A stretch of 64,000 nucleotides of DNA. It comes from Chloroflexota bacterium (GTDB lineage Bacteria > Chloroflexota > UBA11872 > VXOZ01). Made by a program: the position numbers and the translations under genes. The stretch spans positions 1,536,001-1,600,000 of the forward strand of contig OZ219802.1 in assembly GCA_964291655.2 (NCBI GenBank), read 5' to 3'. How positions within the stretch are numbered: the first letter of the stretch is position 1; every line of letters starts with the position of its first letter. A model generated the notes under the pieces. That model searched no databases and was not told the DNA's origin. It saw nothing but the letters and a program-made list of their open reading frames with translations. This document shows positions 19,961 through 30,416 of the stretch, in pieces.

Positions 19961-21259
19961 CTAGGCAGACGCGGCCGCGGTCTGCTGCTCACGTTCCCAG
20001 GCGCGGAGTTCGTCCTGATGGTCTGCTAGCTTGTGCAGGACGTCGAGGAGGCGGTCCATGTCGCTTTGGGGTCCCAGGAACGTCGCATGTGGGAGGCAGA
20101 GCGCTTCTTCCGCGTAGATGCGTTCCGTTTCCGGCAGGTAGACCTTACGATAATCGATCTCCTTGCCGTAGAACGAACACGTAAAGGGATGCCCGGTGCG
20201 GCCGAAGTTCATCTCCTGGAAGATCGGGTTGCGGTAGACCGGTTGGGTGTGGCCCGTGTGCACGCGCAGTCCTTCGGCATTCAGGGCTTTCATGACCGTG
20301 TCGCGTGCGATGCCGCCGAACTGCGCGCCGTGGTACTTGAAGTGCCAGAAGTAGAAACCCCAGCGGGTCACGCGGGGATCGCGGTAGAGCGGCGAGAAAC
20401 CGTCAATCTGCGCAAGCTGCTCCGACAGGTATGTAACATTGCGCTCGCGGGTGGCAGTCTGCGCTGGCAGGCGGGCGAGTTGTGCGTTGCCGATGGCGCC
20501 CTGCCACTCGGTCATGCGCAGGTTCGTGGACGGGATGTGATGTTCGAAGAAGGGGCGGCCCGGATAACGTCCGATGTTGTGGAAGGAGGATGCATGTTGC
20601 GCCACCTCCTCCTCATTCGTTAATACCATACCGCCTTCGCCGGTGGTGAGGGTCTTGCCCATCTGAAAGCTGAAACCCCCGCAATCGCCAATGGCGCCGG
20701 TACCGACGCCCTTCCACTGCGAGCCATGGGAGTGCGCGCAGTCAGAGACGATGGCGATATTGTATTTGGCCCCGATGGCTTGCAGCGCGTCCATGTCGCA
20801 GGGCAAGCCGCCGTAGTCTACGGGCATCACCGCCCTGGTCTTTGGCGTAATGGCAGCCTCCACAGCCTTGGGGTCGATAGTGTAGTTGCGCGGGTCGCAG
20901 TCTACAAAGATGGGAATGGCATTGGCCTGCAGCACAGCGGAAGCACTCGCCACAAAGGTAGCAGCGGGGACAATGACCTCGTCTCCCGCTTCCACACCCA
21001 CTGCCCGCAGCGCGGCCTCCAACGCCACGGTGCCGTTCGCCACCGCGATGCCGTATGTGGCGTCCTGGAAGGCGGCAAAGTCGCGCTCGAACCTTCCCAC
21101 TTGGGAATCGTCTTGGTCTGCGTGCCCGCCCCGCCACCAGATGCCGCTCTCCAACACGCCTTCCAACAGCACGTGTTCTTCCTCACCACAGACCGGCCAG
21201 GACTTGCCGAGCGGTTCAGCGATTGCAGGCGAGCCGCCGGTAAGCGCAAGTTTTCCCAT
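19961..21259 (-). CDS. DegT/DnrJ/EryC1/StrS PLP aminotransferase
   Basis: NGTVALE, TFVASA, DCAHSHG, FSFQMGKTLTTGEGG. Confidence 0.92.
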   Translation of the reverse strand: MGKLALTGGSPAIAEPLGKSWPVCGEEEHVLLEGVLESGIWWRGGHADQDDSQVGRFERDFAAFQDATYGIAVANGTVALEAALRAVGVEAGDEVIVPAATFVASASAVLQANAIPIFVDCDPRNYTIDPKAVEAAITPKTRAVMPVDYGGLPCDMDALQAIGAKYNIAIVSDCAHSHGSQWKGVGTGAIGDCGGFSFQMGKTLTTGEGGMVLTNEEEVAQHASSFHNIGRYPGRPFFEHHIPSTNLRMTEWQGAIGNAQLARLPAQTATRERNVTYLSEQLAQIDGFSPLYRDPRVTRWGFYFWHFKYHGAQFGGIARDTVMKALNAEGLRVHTGHTQPVYRNPIFQEMNFGRTGHPFTCSFYGKEIDYRKVYLPETERIYAEEALCLPHATFLGPQSDMDRLLDVLHKLADHQDELRAWEREQQTAAASA

Positions 21260-21311
21260 GCAGTCATGCTCCTTGATTTCGTTATTGCTGTGGGAGCGGC
21301 ATGCTGCCCTC

Positions 21312-21408
21312 CGTCATTCCCGCTTGCGCGGGAATGCACCTTCTCCGCCCCCGCCTTGGAGTCCCGCTCCGGAATCGGATCACGGAAAACACTTCGCAGG
21401 AATCACCA
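21312..21408. repeat. CGTC-family REP element
   Basis: CGTCATTCCCGCTTGCGCGGGAATG hairpin with a degenerate partner downstream. Confidence 0.6.
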
Positions 21409-21588
21409 TAGCCTCTACAGATTACACAGAGGCAGTGGCGGCGATTGGCTTCTCTTCCGCACCGGTAGTCTGCGCCGCGCGGTGAGGTGATCGTCAACAT
21501 TCATGGTGATGAAGGACTGCTGTGATCCTTGCTTCCTCCCACGAGCGCCGCGACGCTCAGATTCGCCCTCACCCCGGCCCTCTCCCTC

Positions 21589-21876
21589 TGTATAGACCGG
21601 GGACATGGGTAACAGTTGTTCGGGCTCATAGGTAACACCATAGAACGAGGGGGTTTTCGTAGTATGCGATGTCCTTGCCTTGAAAGTTAGATCCACTCAA
21701 TATCCTTATGCACACTGTTTGTTTCTCTGGCACAAGCTGACAGGCGGAAAGTGAGTGCACTGTGTCGCCAGTCTCTTATCAAACCCGGACCAACCCAATG
21801 CTCTCGTAGGTGTCAATCAGTAAAATGTGTAACCCATGTCCCCGAACAACTGTTACCTATGTCCCCGGTCTGTACA
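21589..21876 (+). mobile_element. 288-bp non-autonomous IS481-family MITE inserted in a REP hairpin
   Basis: TIRs TGTATAGACCGGGGACAT / ATGTCCCCGGTCTGTACA, ~50-bp ends similar to IS481 at 45127-46391; 5-bp TSD CCCTC. Confidence 0.9.
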
Positions 21877-21905
21877 CCCTCGGGGAGAGGGTGAAATACA
21901 CAGCC

Positions 21906-23183
21906 TCAGACCGCCACCGGCTCGCGGAGGCCGAGGAGCACATCTATGGCGGCCTGCCGGATCAAGGGCTCGCTGGAAGGCGCGATGGCCGCGAGGTTGG
22001 GCTCCATGCCGCCCTGGTCGAAGGCTTCCGGCGTGGGCACGTAGGCCACCTCGCGTGTCGGCCGGCTGATGACGACTGTATGCCGGAACGGCGAAGCTTC
22101 CTTGATTGCCAGCACCGTATCGTGGAATAACTCACCGGGCATGTGGACAAGCGCGGTGTCGCCCAGCGTAATGACCTTCATCGGATACCGGATGGTGGGG
22201 TTTTGCTCGTACCACTCGAAGAGGAAGCGGTGGTAGCGATCGTGCATCCGCGTGAAGTTGAAGCGCAGCTCTTCCGGCTCCTCGGGCATCACGCGCGCGG
22301 GAATCTCCACTTCGTGCACGTGGGTCTCCATGGCCGGCGTGTGCTCGGGTTTGATCTGCTCGAAGACATAAAGCGCTTGCGCGCCCACGGAACGCCCGAT
22401 GCGACGTGCCGCTAAGCCATCGCGCTCGATAGGAACCACGTCGCCCAGCCCGCCTTGCGCAAAGACAACCGGCAGCCCAGCGACCTCGCCAAAGACATCC
22501 GCCACATAGCGGGGATAGTCGGCAGAAATGCCGCCGTACTTGTCGGTGGAGCAGAGCGCGTGGCAGCCAAAGTTGATGAAGGCGCCGATGGCCTCGCCAT
22601 CCAATGAGTCAAAGCGAAGCACGCTCACCTCGTCGTCTTTGCCTTGCTCGATCCACGCCGGATCGGGTGGCGATTCCTGACGATTGAAGACCATGTGCAC
22701 GGTGCCGTCGGGCTTGATGAAACGGCGATTATAGCACACGTCGGGGGCGTGCCCGCCGCGCGACGCCATCCGCACGGGCACCAAGGACTCAAGCGCGTCC
22801 TGAATGCCGTCGGCAATACGTGCGCTGATCTCATCCTCGTAATTCTCGATGATCAGGTCTTGGGCGAAGATCATGATGTACGCGCCGTAGTTGGAGATGG
22901 GCGTGGAGCCGATGTGGGAAGGGCAGAAGAGCGTGGGAAAGGGCGCAATGCCGCGGGATTCTAAGTCAGCGGCTACTTTTCCGTCGAAGTCGATGCCGAG
23001 CTCGAATGCGTCCACGGCCACAATGGCAGCCGTATGCTCCTCATCTTGGAGGAGCAGTATCCGCGCCTTAAGGGGATCATAGACCGGATAACTGCGTTCC
23101 TTCTTCTTTCCGTTTGTCCCTGGTCGGTTCTGATCGGGAGTAATGTCTACGGCCGTAAAGGCAGCGTGTAAGCCGTTGCTCAC
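21906..23183 (-). CDS. Hypothetical hydrolase with neutral/alkaline ceramidase-like N-terminal fold
   Basis: VDITP, YDPLKAR, SHIGS, NRR, INFGCHA, SADYP, PGELF, YVPT..AF..GG pattern. Confidence 0.7.
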   Translation of the reverse strand: MSNGLHAAFTAVDITPDQNRPGTNGKKKERSYPVYDPLKARILLLQDEEHTAAIVAVDAFELGIDFDGKVAADLESRGIAPFPTLFCPSHIGSTPISNYGAYIMIFAQDLIIENYEDEISARIADGIQDALESLVPVRMASRGGHAPDVCYNRRFIKPDGTVHMVFNRQESPPDPAWIEQGKDDEVSVLRFDSLDGEAIGAFINFGCHALCSTDKYGGISADYPRYVADVFGEVAGLPVVFAQGGLGDVVPIERDGLAARRIGRSVGAQALYVFEQIKPEHTPAMETHVHEVEIPARVMPEEPEELRFNFTRMHDRYHRFLFEWYEQNPTIRYPMKVITLGDTALVHMPGELFHDTVLAIKEASPFRHTVVISRPTREVAYVPTPEAFDQGGMEPNLAAIAPSSEPLIRQAAIDVLLGLREPVAV

Positions 23184-23428
23184 GAGTGCTCTCCTCTCCG
23201 AAGCGTTTGCGTACGCTTACTATGATACCTGCGGGTGCTCAATTAGCAAAGAAACCAAGAACCAGAGACGCGGACGTGCCAATTCGCGAGACTGTATTTC
23301 ACGTCGCTTGTATGGTGTCCGCCTACATCTCACTGCATTGCTCCCACGTGTGACTGTGTGTTGCAAGCAACTATTGTGCAGAGCGCAGCGAGGATTCGGG
23401 GTCTCAATCAAGAAAAATGCACTCGATA

Positions 23429-23573
23429 CAGTAGCCGTATTCTACGCAGTAGCCGTACTCTACGCAGTAGCCGCTTGTTACGACGAGGAGCGGGGGACAA
23501 GCCCCCGCGCTACGGCATCTCGTATCTCGATTGCTCGTCTTACGATCGGTAGCGCAGGTTTGTAACCTGCGCT
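23429..23573. repeat. 18-nt tandem repeat (x2.5) followed by GTAG-family REPs
   Basis: CAGTAGCCGTAYTCTACG x2.5; GCGGGGGACAAGCCCCCGCGCTAC at 23490; GTAGCGCAGGTTTGTAACCTGCGCT. Confidence 0.75.
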
Positions 23574-23775
23574 TCTGGCAAAAGGCCAGGAGAACAGATG
23601 GCAAAATCACACTATTGCCGCAATCTGAGGTGTAGTTTACCTGGTGGGGACTGGTGTGCAGGCACTCTCGCACGGACTTCATCTACCAAAGGCTTGCGCG
23701 CGTTCACCAACTTGCCGCTCGCTTATAATGGAAGAGAAGCATACCGTCCTAGAAACTTGAGAAGAAAAACCTGCG

Positions 23776-24981
23776 ATGAAGCGTGTGGTGGTGCTGGGCT
23801 CCACGGGGTCCATCGGACAGCAGACTCTTGACGTGATTCGCGCAAATCCTGACGACTTTGCCGTCGTCGGGTTAGCTGCGGGTAGAGACTCGCGGACGCT
23901 GGCTGCGCAAATTGACGAATTCAAGCCGCAGGCAGCCTACTGTATAGATGGCAGCGCGGCGAAGTACGTGGACGGTGCCACGCGCATCCACTCCGGCGAC
24001 GACGGCATCGTTCAACTTGTCGAAGCGGTCGAGGCCGATGTGACCGTTGTGGGCACGCCGGGAATGGTTGGCGCACGAGCGACGATGGCTGCGCTGCAAC
24101 GTGGGCAGGACGTCGCGTTAGCGAATAAAGAGACCCTCGTCATGGCCGGGGATCTGGTCATGCGGCAGGCCGCCGCCCACGGCGCCACTGTCCTGCCGAC
24201 CGACAGCGAGCACAGCGCCATTTGGCAGTGCATTCGCGGCGAAGATCAGACTACGATCCGGCGGGTCATTCTGGCGGCATCCGGCGGCCCCTTCCGCACG
24301 GCATCCGCACAGGAACTGGCAGGGGTCACCCCCGAGCAAGCCCTAAAGCATCCGACGTGGTCCATGGGCGCCAAGATAACCGTAGACTCCGCCACGCTGC
24401 TCAACAAAGGCCTCGAGATCATCGAAGCGCACTGGTTGTTCGGGTTGCCGTATACGCAGATCGACGTCGTAATCCACCCACAGAGCATCGTGCACGCACT
24501 CGTCGAATTCGCGGATGGGGCGGTTAAAGCGCAGTTGAGTCATCCCGACATGCGCTTGCCTATCCAGCATGCGTTGAGCTTTCCGGACCGCCCGCCGACG
24601 TACTGGGGCGGACTGGATCTTGCACGAGCGCCGGTGCTGGAGTTCTCCGCGCCGGAGAGCGCGCGGTTTCCCTGTCTCGCGCTTGCCCGCCAAGCAGCGG
24701 AAACCGGCGGCACGGCGCCCACGGTGCTCTGCGCCGCCGACGAGGTTGCGGTTGAGCTTTTCTTAGAGGGCAAAATAGGTTTCTTGGACATCTCACGCAT
24801 CATTTCACAGGCACTGGAGTCTCATACGAGCACGCCGGTAGAATCATTGGATCACGTGCTCGCCGTCGCCGCTGAGACCCGGCAACAACTCTTGGAAGCC
24901 ACGGCAAAGCTTCCCGTCAATTCGGCGAGTGCCGGAGTCCGAGGGACTAGGGCGGATGGACTCCCACTTGCGCGGGAATGA
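23776..24981 (+). CDS. dxr: 1-deoxy-D-xylulose-5-phosphate reductoisomerase
   Basis: LGSTGSIG, LANKETLV, LPTDSEHSAI, SGGPFR, HPTWSMGAKITVDSAT. Confidence 0.97.
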   Translation: MKRVVVLGSTGSIGQQTLDVIRANPDDFAVVGLAAGRDSRTLAAQIDEFKPQAAYCIDGSAAKYVDGATRIHSGDDGIVQLVEAVEADVTVVGTPGMVGARATMAALQRGQDVALANKETLVMAGDLVMRQAAAHGATVLPTDSEHSAIWQCIRGEDQTTIRRVILAASGGPFRTASAQELAGVTPEQALKHPTWSMGAKITVDSATLLNKGLEIIEAHWLFGLPYTQIDVVIHPQSIVHALVEFADGAVKAQLSHPDMRLPIQHALSFPDRPPTYWGGLDLARAPVLEFSAPESARFPCLALARQAAETGGTAPTVLCAADEVAVELFLEGKIGFLDISRIISQALESHTSTPVESLDHVLAVAAETRQQLLEATAKLPVNSASAGVRGTRADGLPLARE

Positions 24982-25018
24982 CGGGCTTTCTCATACCAGA
25001 CAGGATTCTTAACGAACG

Positions 25019-26047
25019 ATGTTTACCACGATCGCCGCCTTTGTCTTCGTCCTTTCACTCCTCATACTCGTCCATGAAATCGGCCATTTCGTGGCGGCAC
25101 GGCGCGTAGGCATTCATGTTGTGGAGTTTGGTTTCGGTTGGCCGCCGCGGCTCTTTTCCCGGCGCATCGGCGGGACTATCTATTCGCTTAATCTCCTGCC
25201 GCTGGGCGGCTTTGTGCGCATGTTTGGAGAATTCGGCGGAGCGGAACCCGGCAGTTTTATGAGTAAGCGACCGGCGGAGCGCGCGGTTGTAATCCTGGCA
25301 GGCGTTGCCATGAACATCCTGATTGCGCCGGTGCTCTTCTCCCTGGCCTTTATGCTTGGAGAGCCGGAGTTAACGGATCGCATATTCGTTCAGGAAGTGA
25401 TTCCGGAGAGCCCGGCTGCGGCGGTTGGCCTCCTGGCAGGCGACCGCATTCTCACGATCAATGATGTGGCCATTACTGAAATGGCTCAAGTACGTGAGCA
25501 GATTGGCAGCACGCAAGACGGCACCCCGATTCGTCTGACGATCGACCGGGACGGACGGCAGCAGGCACTGCGCGTGACACCCACCTACAATCCAGAGATA
25601 GAGCGCCTGGCGGTTGGCATTGTGCTGGTTCCTGAGCAGACGATCAAGCGCTACTGGCCGTGGGAGGCGGTATGGCTCGGCGTGAAACGCACGGGAGAGA
25701 TGTTTGCACTAATCGGCCTGGGCGTCGCCAGCCTCATTCAAGGCACGGAAGAGGGGGATATACTTGGTCCGGTGGGTATTGCGTCACTTACCGGACAAGT
25801 GGCACGTTCCGGCTTTTCCCGCTTACTCACGTTCACGGGGTTCTTGAGCATAAACCTCGCAATTATCAACCTCTTGCCATTTCCCGGCCTCGATGGCGCC
25901 CGCTTTGTGTTTACGGTTGTGGAGATGGTGCGCGGACGCCCAATGAACCCAAAGCGGGAAGCGGCCATCAACTTTGCAGGAATTATCATTCTGCTCACCC
26001 TAACGGTACTTATTACCTACCGAGATATCGTACGGCTCCTGGGTTAG
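25019..26047 (+). CDS. rseP: RIP metalloprotease RseP (M50 with PDZ)
   Basis: HEIGH, LPLGGFVRM, PDZ domain, NLLPFPGLDG; follows dxr. Confidence 0.93.
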   Translation: MFTTIAAFVFVLSLLILVHEIGHFVAARRVGIHVVEFGFGWPPRLFSRRIGGTIYSLNLLPLGGFVRMFGEFGGAEPGSFMSKRPAERAVVILAGVAMNILIAPVLFSLAFMLGEPELTDRIFVQEVIPESPAAAVGLLAGDRILTINDVAITEMAQVREQIGSTQDGTPIRLTIDRDGRQQALRVTPTYNPEIERLAVGIVLVPEQTIKRYWPWEAVWLGVKRTGEMFALIGLGVASLIQGTEEGDILGPVGIASLTGQVARSGFSRLLTFTGFLSINLAIINLLPFPGLDGARFVFTVVEMVRGRPMNPKREAAINFAGIIILLTLTVLITYRDIVRLLG

Positions 26048-26142
26048 CACTGCGTGCGGGCGGCTCTATATACCGTCACAATGTGCTACAATGTTGAGCA
26101 CAGTCCGTCTGGGCTGGGGTGGGCAACGAAGGGGATTCACGT

Positions 26143-27285
26143 TTGTCTCAGGCATTCTCCTTTCGGATTCCGCAAGCTATTGAGTTTGGACCCGGAGTTT
26201 ACCATCGGCTCCCTGCGCTTTTGCGCGCGCGCTCGACTGAGCGTGTCTTGCTAATCACAGATCCCGGACTTGTCGCTGCCGGTGTAGCGACAACAATTGA
26301 GAGCACATTGACTGCTGCTGGGAGCGAAGTCGTTCTCTTTCAAGATGTGCCACCGGAACCCCATCTCGATGACGTGGAGCGGTGTCGCGCGTTTGCCGCT
26401 ACACAGCACGCATCAATAGTCGTGGGTGTGGGTGGCGGCAGTGTGCTCGACTGCGCCAAGATTGTGGGTGGCTTTGCTTCAAGTACGCAGCCTTTGGCCG
26501 ACTTTCTCGACCGTGAAGACGAAAGCCTTGCGCCGGGACTGCCGATCTTTCTCCTGCCCACCACCGCAGGATCGGGGGCCGAGGCGACCACCGGGGCCAT
26601 CGTCACGGTCAAAGGGCGCAAGTGCCGCCTGGCGGGCAGCTACGTACACCCGGTGGTGGCCCTCATTGACCCTACGTTTACCCGGAGCTTACCGGCAAGC
26701 ATCACAATCGCAGGCGGTCTGGACGCGCTCACGCACGCGATAGAGTCCTATGCGGCGCGGCGGGCAAGCCCCATGAGCCAGTTGTATTCTCGAGAAGCCC
26801 TTCGTCTCATCCTGACGTCGCTGCCGCGCGTACTAGAGGACGGGGACGACATGGAGGCACGCAGCGATATGTCGCAGGCAGCTCTATATGCCGGCATTGC
26901 CGTTGCAAACGCGGGCGCAGGTGCGGTTCATGCCCTCGCATACCCGCTGGGCGGACGGACCAACATCCCCCACGGCATTGCCAACGCAATTCTTCTCCCG
27001 CATGTGCTGCGACAGAATGTGGCGACTAATCCTGAATCATACGCCGCCCTCTGCACCGAGCAAGACTCTCGCAGCGAGGGCGCTCAATGCGACGCTCTGC
27101 TTGACGCCGTGCAAGGTCTGCTCCATTCGCTGAAGACGCCGACACGCCTTGCCGAAATCGGCATGCAAACTGCCATGCTACCCGCGCTGGCGAAAGAAGC
27201 CCATTCTATTCGGCGTCTCTTGGACAATAACGTGCGGGACTACAGCTCTGCGGAAATTCTTGCCATATACGAAGCGGCTTGGTGA
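26143..27285 (+). CDS. Iron-containing alcohol dehydrogenase
   Basis: GGGSVLDCAK, PTTAGSGAE, DALTHAIES, HALAY, PHGIANA. Confidence 0.92.
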   Translation: MSQAFSFRIPQAIEFGPGVYHRLPALLRARSTERVLLITDPGLVAAGVATTIESTLTAAGSEVVLFQDVPPEPHLDDVERCRAFAATQHASIVVGVGGGSVLDCAKIVGGFASSTQPLADFLDREDESLAPGLPIFLLPTTAGSGAEATTGAIVTVKGRKCRLAGSYVHPVVALIDPTFTRSLPASITIAGGLDALTHAIESYAARRASPMSQLYSREALRLILTSLPRVLEDGDDMEARSDMSQAALYAGIAVANAGAGAVHALAYPLGGRTNIPHGIANAILLPHVLRQNVATNPESYAALCTEQDSRSEGAQCDALLDAVQGLLHSLKTPTRLAEIGMQTAMLPALAKEAHSIRRLLDNNVRDYSSAEILAIYEAAW

Positions 27286-27615
27286 CCGCATGGCCTGCCA
27301 TATAGTATTGTCTAATCTGAAGGTAATACGTCACGCTCGCAGATGAAACGTTTCGAGCCCTCGCGGAAATCTCCTGCTGTCATTCCATCGCCTTGTTCTC
27401 AATTGCTGGGATCTCCAGAGAATTAGAAGCTGCCGTAAAGAGAAATTGGTCTTCAAGGGAAGAAACCCAATGCAACGAAAAACCCCTGAGCGCGTGCACC
27501 ACAGGCGAGTTGCGTGTGCCGGCGTGTCCTGGCTGGCGCCAGCCAGTACTTTCTCTCAAACGGCCGCATTCAGACCTCCGAGCAGCTTGTCCACGACAAC
27601 CTCATAGCGAAGCCC

Positions 27616-29994
27616 ATGAATGTACAACAGCGACAACCGTTTCTCATCGATTTGATCGCGCTGGGTAGTTTCCTGCTCTTGGTGCTCGTCTTCTTTTGGA
27701 AGTCGGTCTTCGGGCTGGGAGTGATCGGCAGCGTTGACTTAATTGTGCGTTTCTACCCGTACAAGGCGTACATTCGCGACCTGATCAATCAGGGGGAGCT
27801 GCCTCTATGGGATCCCCTCATATACCTTGGTGCTCCTCTGCTTGCCAATATCCAGGCCGCCGTCCTCTATCCGCCGGACTTTCTCTTTACGCTCTTCTCA
27901 TTCCCTTCGGCACTCACGTGGAGTGTCGTGCTGCACATCTGGTGGGCATTGGCCGGAATGTACCTCTTCCTGCGGTATGGGTTAGGCACCACGGTCTTCG
28001 CTGCCTGGGTCGGCGCCTTGTGTTTCGGCTTAGGCGGTTTCTTATTGCCGCACATTGGACAAGTGAACGTACTGCACACTGCGGTCTGGCTTCCTTGGCT
28101 ATTGCTGTGTGCAATTCGCGCCAGCACATCACCAACTCCCACCTGGCTCATACTTGGCGGCATCGCTACCGCCTTCAGCTTCACAGCAGGGCATACGCAG
28201 GAATTCTACTACTCGATCCTCATCATGGGGTTGTTCTGTGCGTACTCAGCCTTAGTCTCCCCTAACGGAGAGTCATCGCGCTGGTGGCCGCTGTTTGTGC
28301 CGGTAGTCTTCCTCCTAATTGGCGGTATTTTGAGCGCAGCCCAGCTCTTGCCGACACTGGAGGCAGCGATACACTCCTTCCGGCGAGGAGGCCTGCCGTT
28401 AGAAGAATCAGCGGCGCTGGCAGTCAGTCCGAATGAGATATTGTTCTCTCTATTTCCTCGATATTGGGCTCTGCCTGGTATTGAAGTAGTTGGGTATATC
28501 GGTATAGGCGGCGCTATCCTTACATTCTTCGGTGCACTGCAAGTCACGCGGCAGCGTTGGGTGCTGTTCTTTATTCTCATCGCGTTGTTGGCCTTTGTCT
28601 TGGCTCTCGGTACGTACACACCGCTATTCACTGCCCTGCACACAGTCTTGCCGGGCTTTTCACTATTTCGTGTGCCGGCGCGCTGGCTTTTCCTCGTTAG
28701 CTTCAGCCTTTCGACGCTGGCGGCGTTTGGCGCAGACCGGCTCCGCGATGACCTGCGTCCGGAAGAACGGCGTCAACTCTCTCTGAAACTCCTTCTAGGG
28801 ACGTTGGTAGCTACAATCTTATTGGTCGCCTATATTGGCCGCTTATACCTCATCGGTTCCGAACAGTCGTTGCCGGATCCAAAGGTGGTTGTGTTCTGGG
28901 CAACTACTGCCGTCATCATCTATGCGACTATTCTCCTTGTTCTTCACCACGGCCTGGCTAATTTGCTGGCCTATCTCACAGTTGGAGGAATTGTGCTCGT
29001 AGAGCTCTTCTTTGCCTCCCGTCCCCTGGAATTCAATCAGGTGATGCCGCCGGAGATTTACACGCATTCAGAAACTACACAGCAACTCTCGCAACACTGG
29101 ACCGAAGCGCGCTACATCAGCATCGCGGCAGAACGCTTCCCTCTGGAGAATGAAGAAGCGCGAAGGCAAGAGCTACTAGAGTCGCTTTCCGAGGCCTGGG
29201 TGCAACCTGCCATCGTGTATGGCAAGTACAGCGACGAATTGCGGCCAAATCTCAATCTCCCATTGGGAATGTCGACTGCTGACGGGCACGATGGCGGTCT
29301 GCTTCCTAGCCGATACTACGCTGACCTGCGCGGCGCTCTGCTCAACGATATGGAGTTTCCGCCGCATCAAAGTCTATCGCTTGTTGAAAGCGACCAGATC
29401 GATGCGAGACTGTGGGGATTGGTCAGTGTACGCTACCTCGTCACCGACCACCAGCAAACCGAGCCGGGAACTGGGTGGGAGTTGATCGGCCAGGCCCGTA
29501 CAGACGGCCCCCTGCTATTCGAGAACAACGAGGTCTTGCCGAGAGCCTTTGTAGTCTATGAGACCGTGGTAGACGATGACCCGCTAAGGCTGCGGACTAT
29601 CGACGTGGCCCGACAAGTCCTTGTGGAACGACCGATTCCGGAGCTAGTCGGCGTCACCGGAGAGCCCGTGGCAGCGACGATAGTTTCAGAATCCGCGTTG
29701 CGCGTGGAAATTCAAGCGACGACGTCACAACCGGGATTGCTCGTGCTCTCCGATTCTTACTTTCCAGGATGGATTGCCACCGTCAACGGTAGCCCGAGGG
29801 AAATCCATCGCGTAGATATCGCCTTGCGCGGCGTGTTGCTGCCTTCAGGCGAGCATACCATCGTATTCGAATATCAGCCGCGTTGGTTCCAAATCGGCGT
29901 TGTCGTGAGTCTGATCGGCTGGCTGCTCGCGTTGGCTCTGCTCTTACCGCGACTCATGCGTCGGACTCCGAAGAGATTTCCAAATCGCATGTAG
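27616..29994 (+). CDS. YfhO-family GT-C-type membrane protein
   Basis: LPLWDP..LGAPL..LYP, FRVPARW, many TM helices, LPRAF, SDSYFPGW.A.VNG C-terminal domain. Confidence 0.85.
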   Translation: MNVQQRQPFLIDLIALGSFLLLVLVFFWKSVFGLGVIGSVDLIVRFYPYKAYIRDLINQGELPLWDPLIYLGAPLLANIQAAVLYPPDFLFTLFSFPSALTWSVVLHIWWALAGMYLFLRYGLGTTVFAAWVGALCFGLGGFLLPHIGQVNVLHTAVWLPWLLLCAIRASTSPTPTWLILGGIATAFSFTAGHTQEFYYSILIMGLFCAYSALVSPNGESSRWWPLFVPVVFLLIGGILSAAQLLPTLEAAIHSFRRGGLPLEESAALAVSPNEILFSLFPRYWALPGIEVVGYIGIGGAILTFFGALQVTRQRWVLFFILIALLAFVLALGTYTPLFTALHTVLPGFSLFRVPARWLFLVSFSLSTLAAFGADRLRDDLRPEERRQLSLKLLLGTLVATILLVAYIGRLYLIGSEQSLPDPKVVVFWATTAVIIYATILLVLHHGLANLLAYLTVGGIVLVELFFASRPLEFNQVMPPEIYTHSETTQQLSQHWTEARYISIAAERFPLENEEARRQELLESLSEAWVQPAIVYGKYSDELRPNLNLPLGMSTADGHDGGLLPSRYYADLRGALLNDMEFPPHQSLSLVESDQIDARLWGLVSVRYLVTDHQQTEPGTGWELIGQARTDGPLLFENNEVLPRAFVVYETVVDDDPLRLRTIDVARQVLVERPIPELVGVTGEPVAATIVSESALRVEIQATTSQPGLLVLSDSYFPGWIATVNGSPREIHRVDIALRGVLLPSGEHTIVFEYQPRWFQIGVVVSLIGWLLALALLLPRLMRRTPKRFPNRM

Positions 29995-30099
29995 TTCCGT
30001 GCGGCATGCCACATGGCGCTGACTGCAAAGGGTCGCGCCTTCACTCTCAGCAGGCGCCTGTACCACCCATGCCGATAGGCAATGGCCTCCTCTCCCCCT

Positions 30100-30216
30100 T
30101 GTATTGATGGGACTCCCAGGTTACACCTGCTCGGGCGCCGGGTTTCACCATTGCCCATGGAAAAACTCTTAGCTGGATCAGCACCATGCCTAACCCATGT
30201 CCCCCGCACAACTGTT
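30100..30216 (+). mobile_element. Degenerate IS481-derived internal-deletion remnant
   Basis: TGTATTGA..GGTTACACCTGCTCGGGC..CATGGA..GCACCATGCCT resembles the IS481 left end up to the transposase ATG, fused to right-end sequence AACCCATGTCCCCCGCACAACTGTT; REP-like flanks. Confidence 0.6.
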
Positions 30217-30416
30217 CCCTCTCACCCCGCACTCCCCAGGGAGAAAGGAGCTTCTCGCCTGCCGGCGTGAGTTGTGCAAGAGTCTCCCGAGGGGGATAGC
30301 TTGAGCCAGCCCCAAACTCGATGCGGGGATGAGGAATCGGCCGAGGGCATAGACGTAGCAGAGTCGGAAGGCGCTGGCGTGACCGGCTCGAGCGCCCTCA
30401 ACTCACAGAGCAATTG

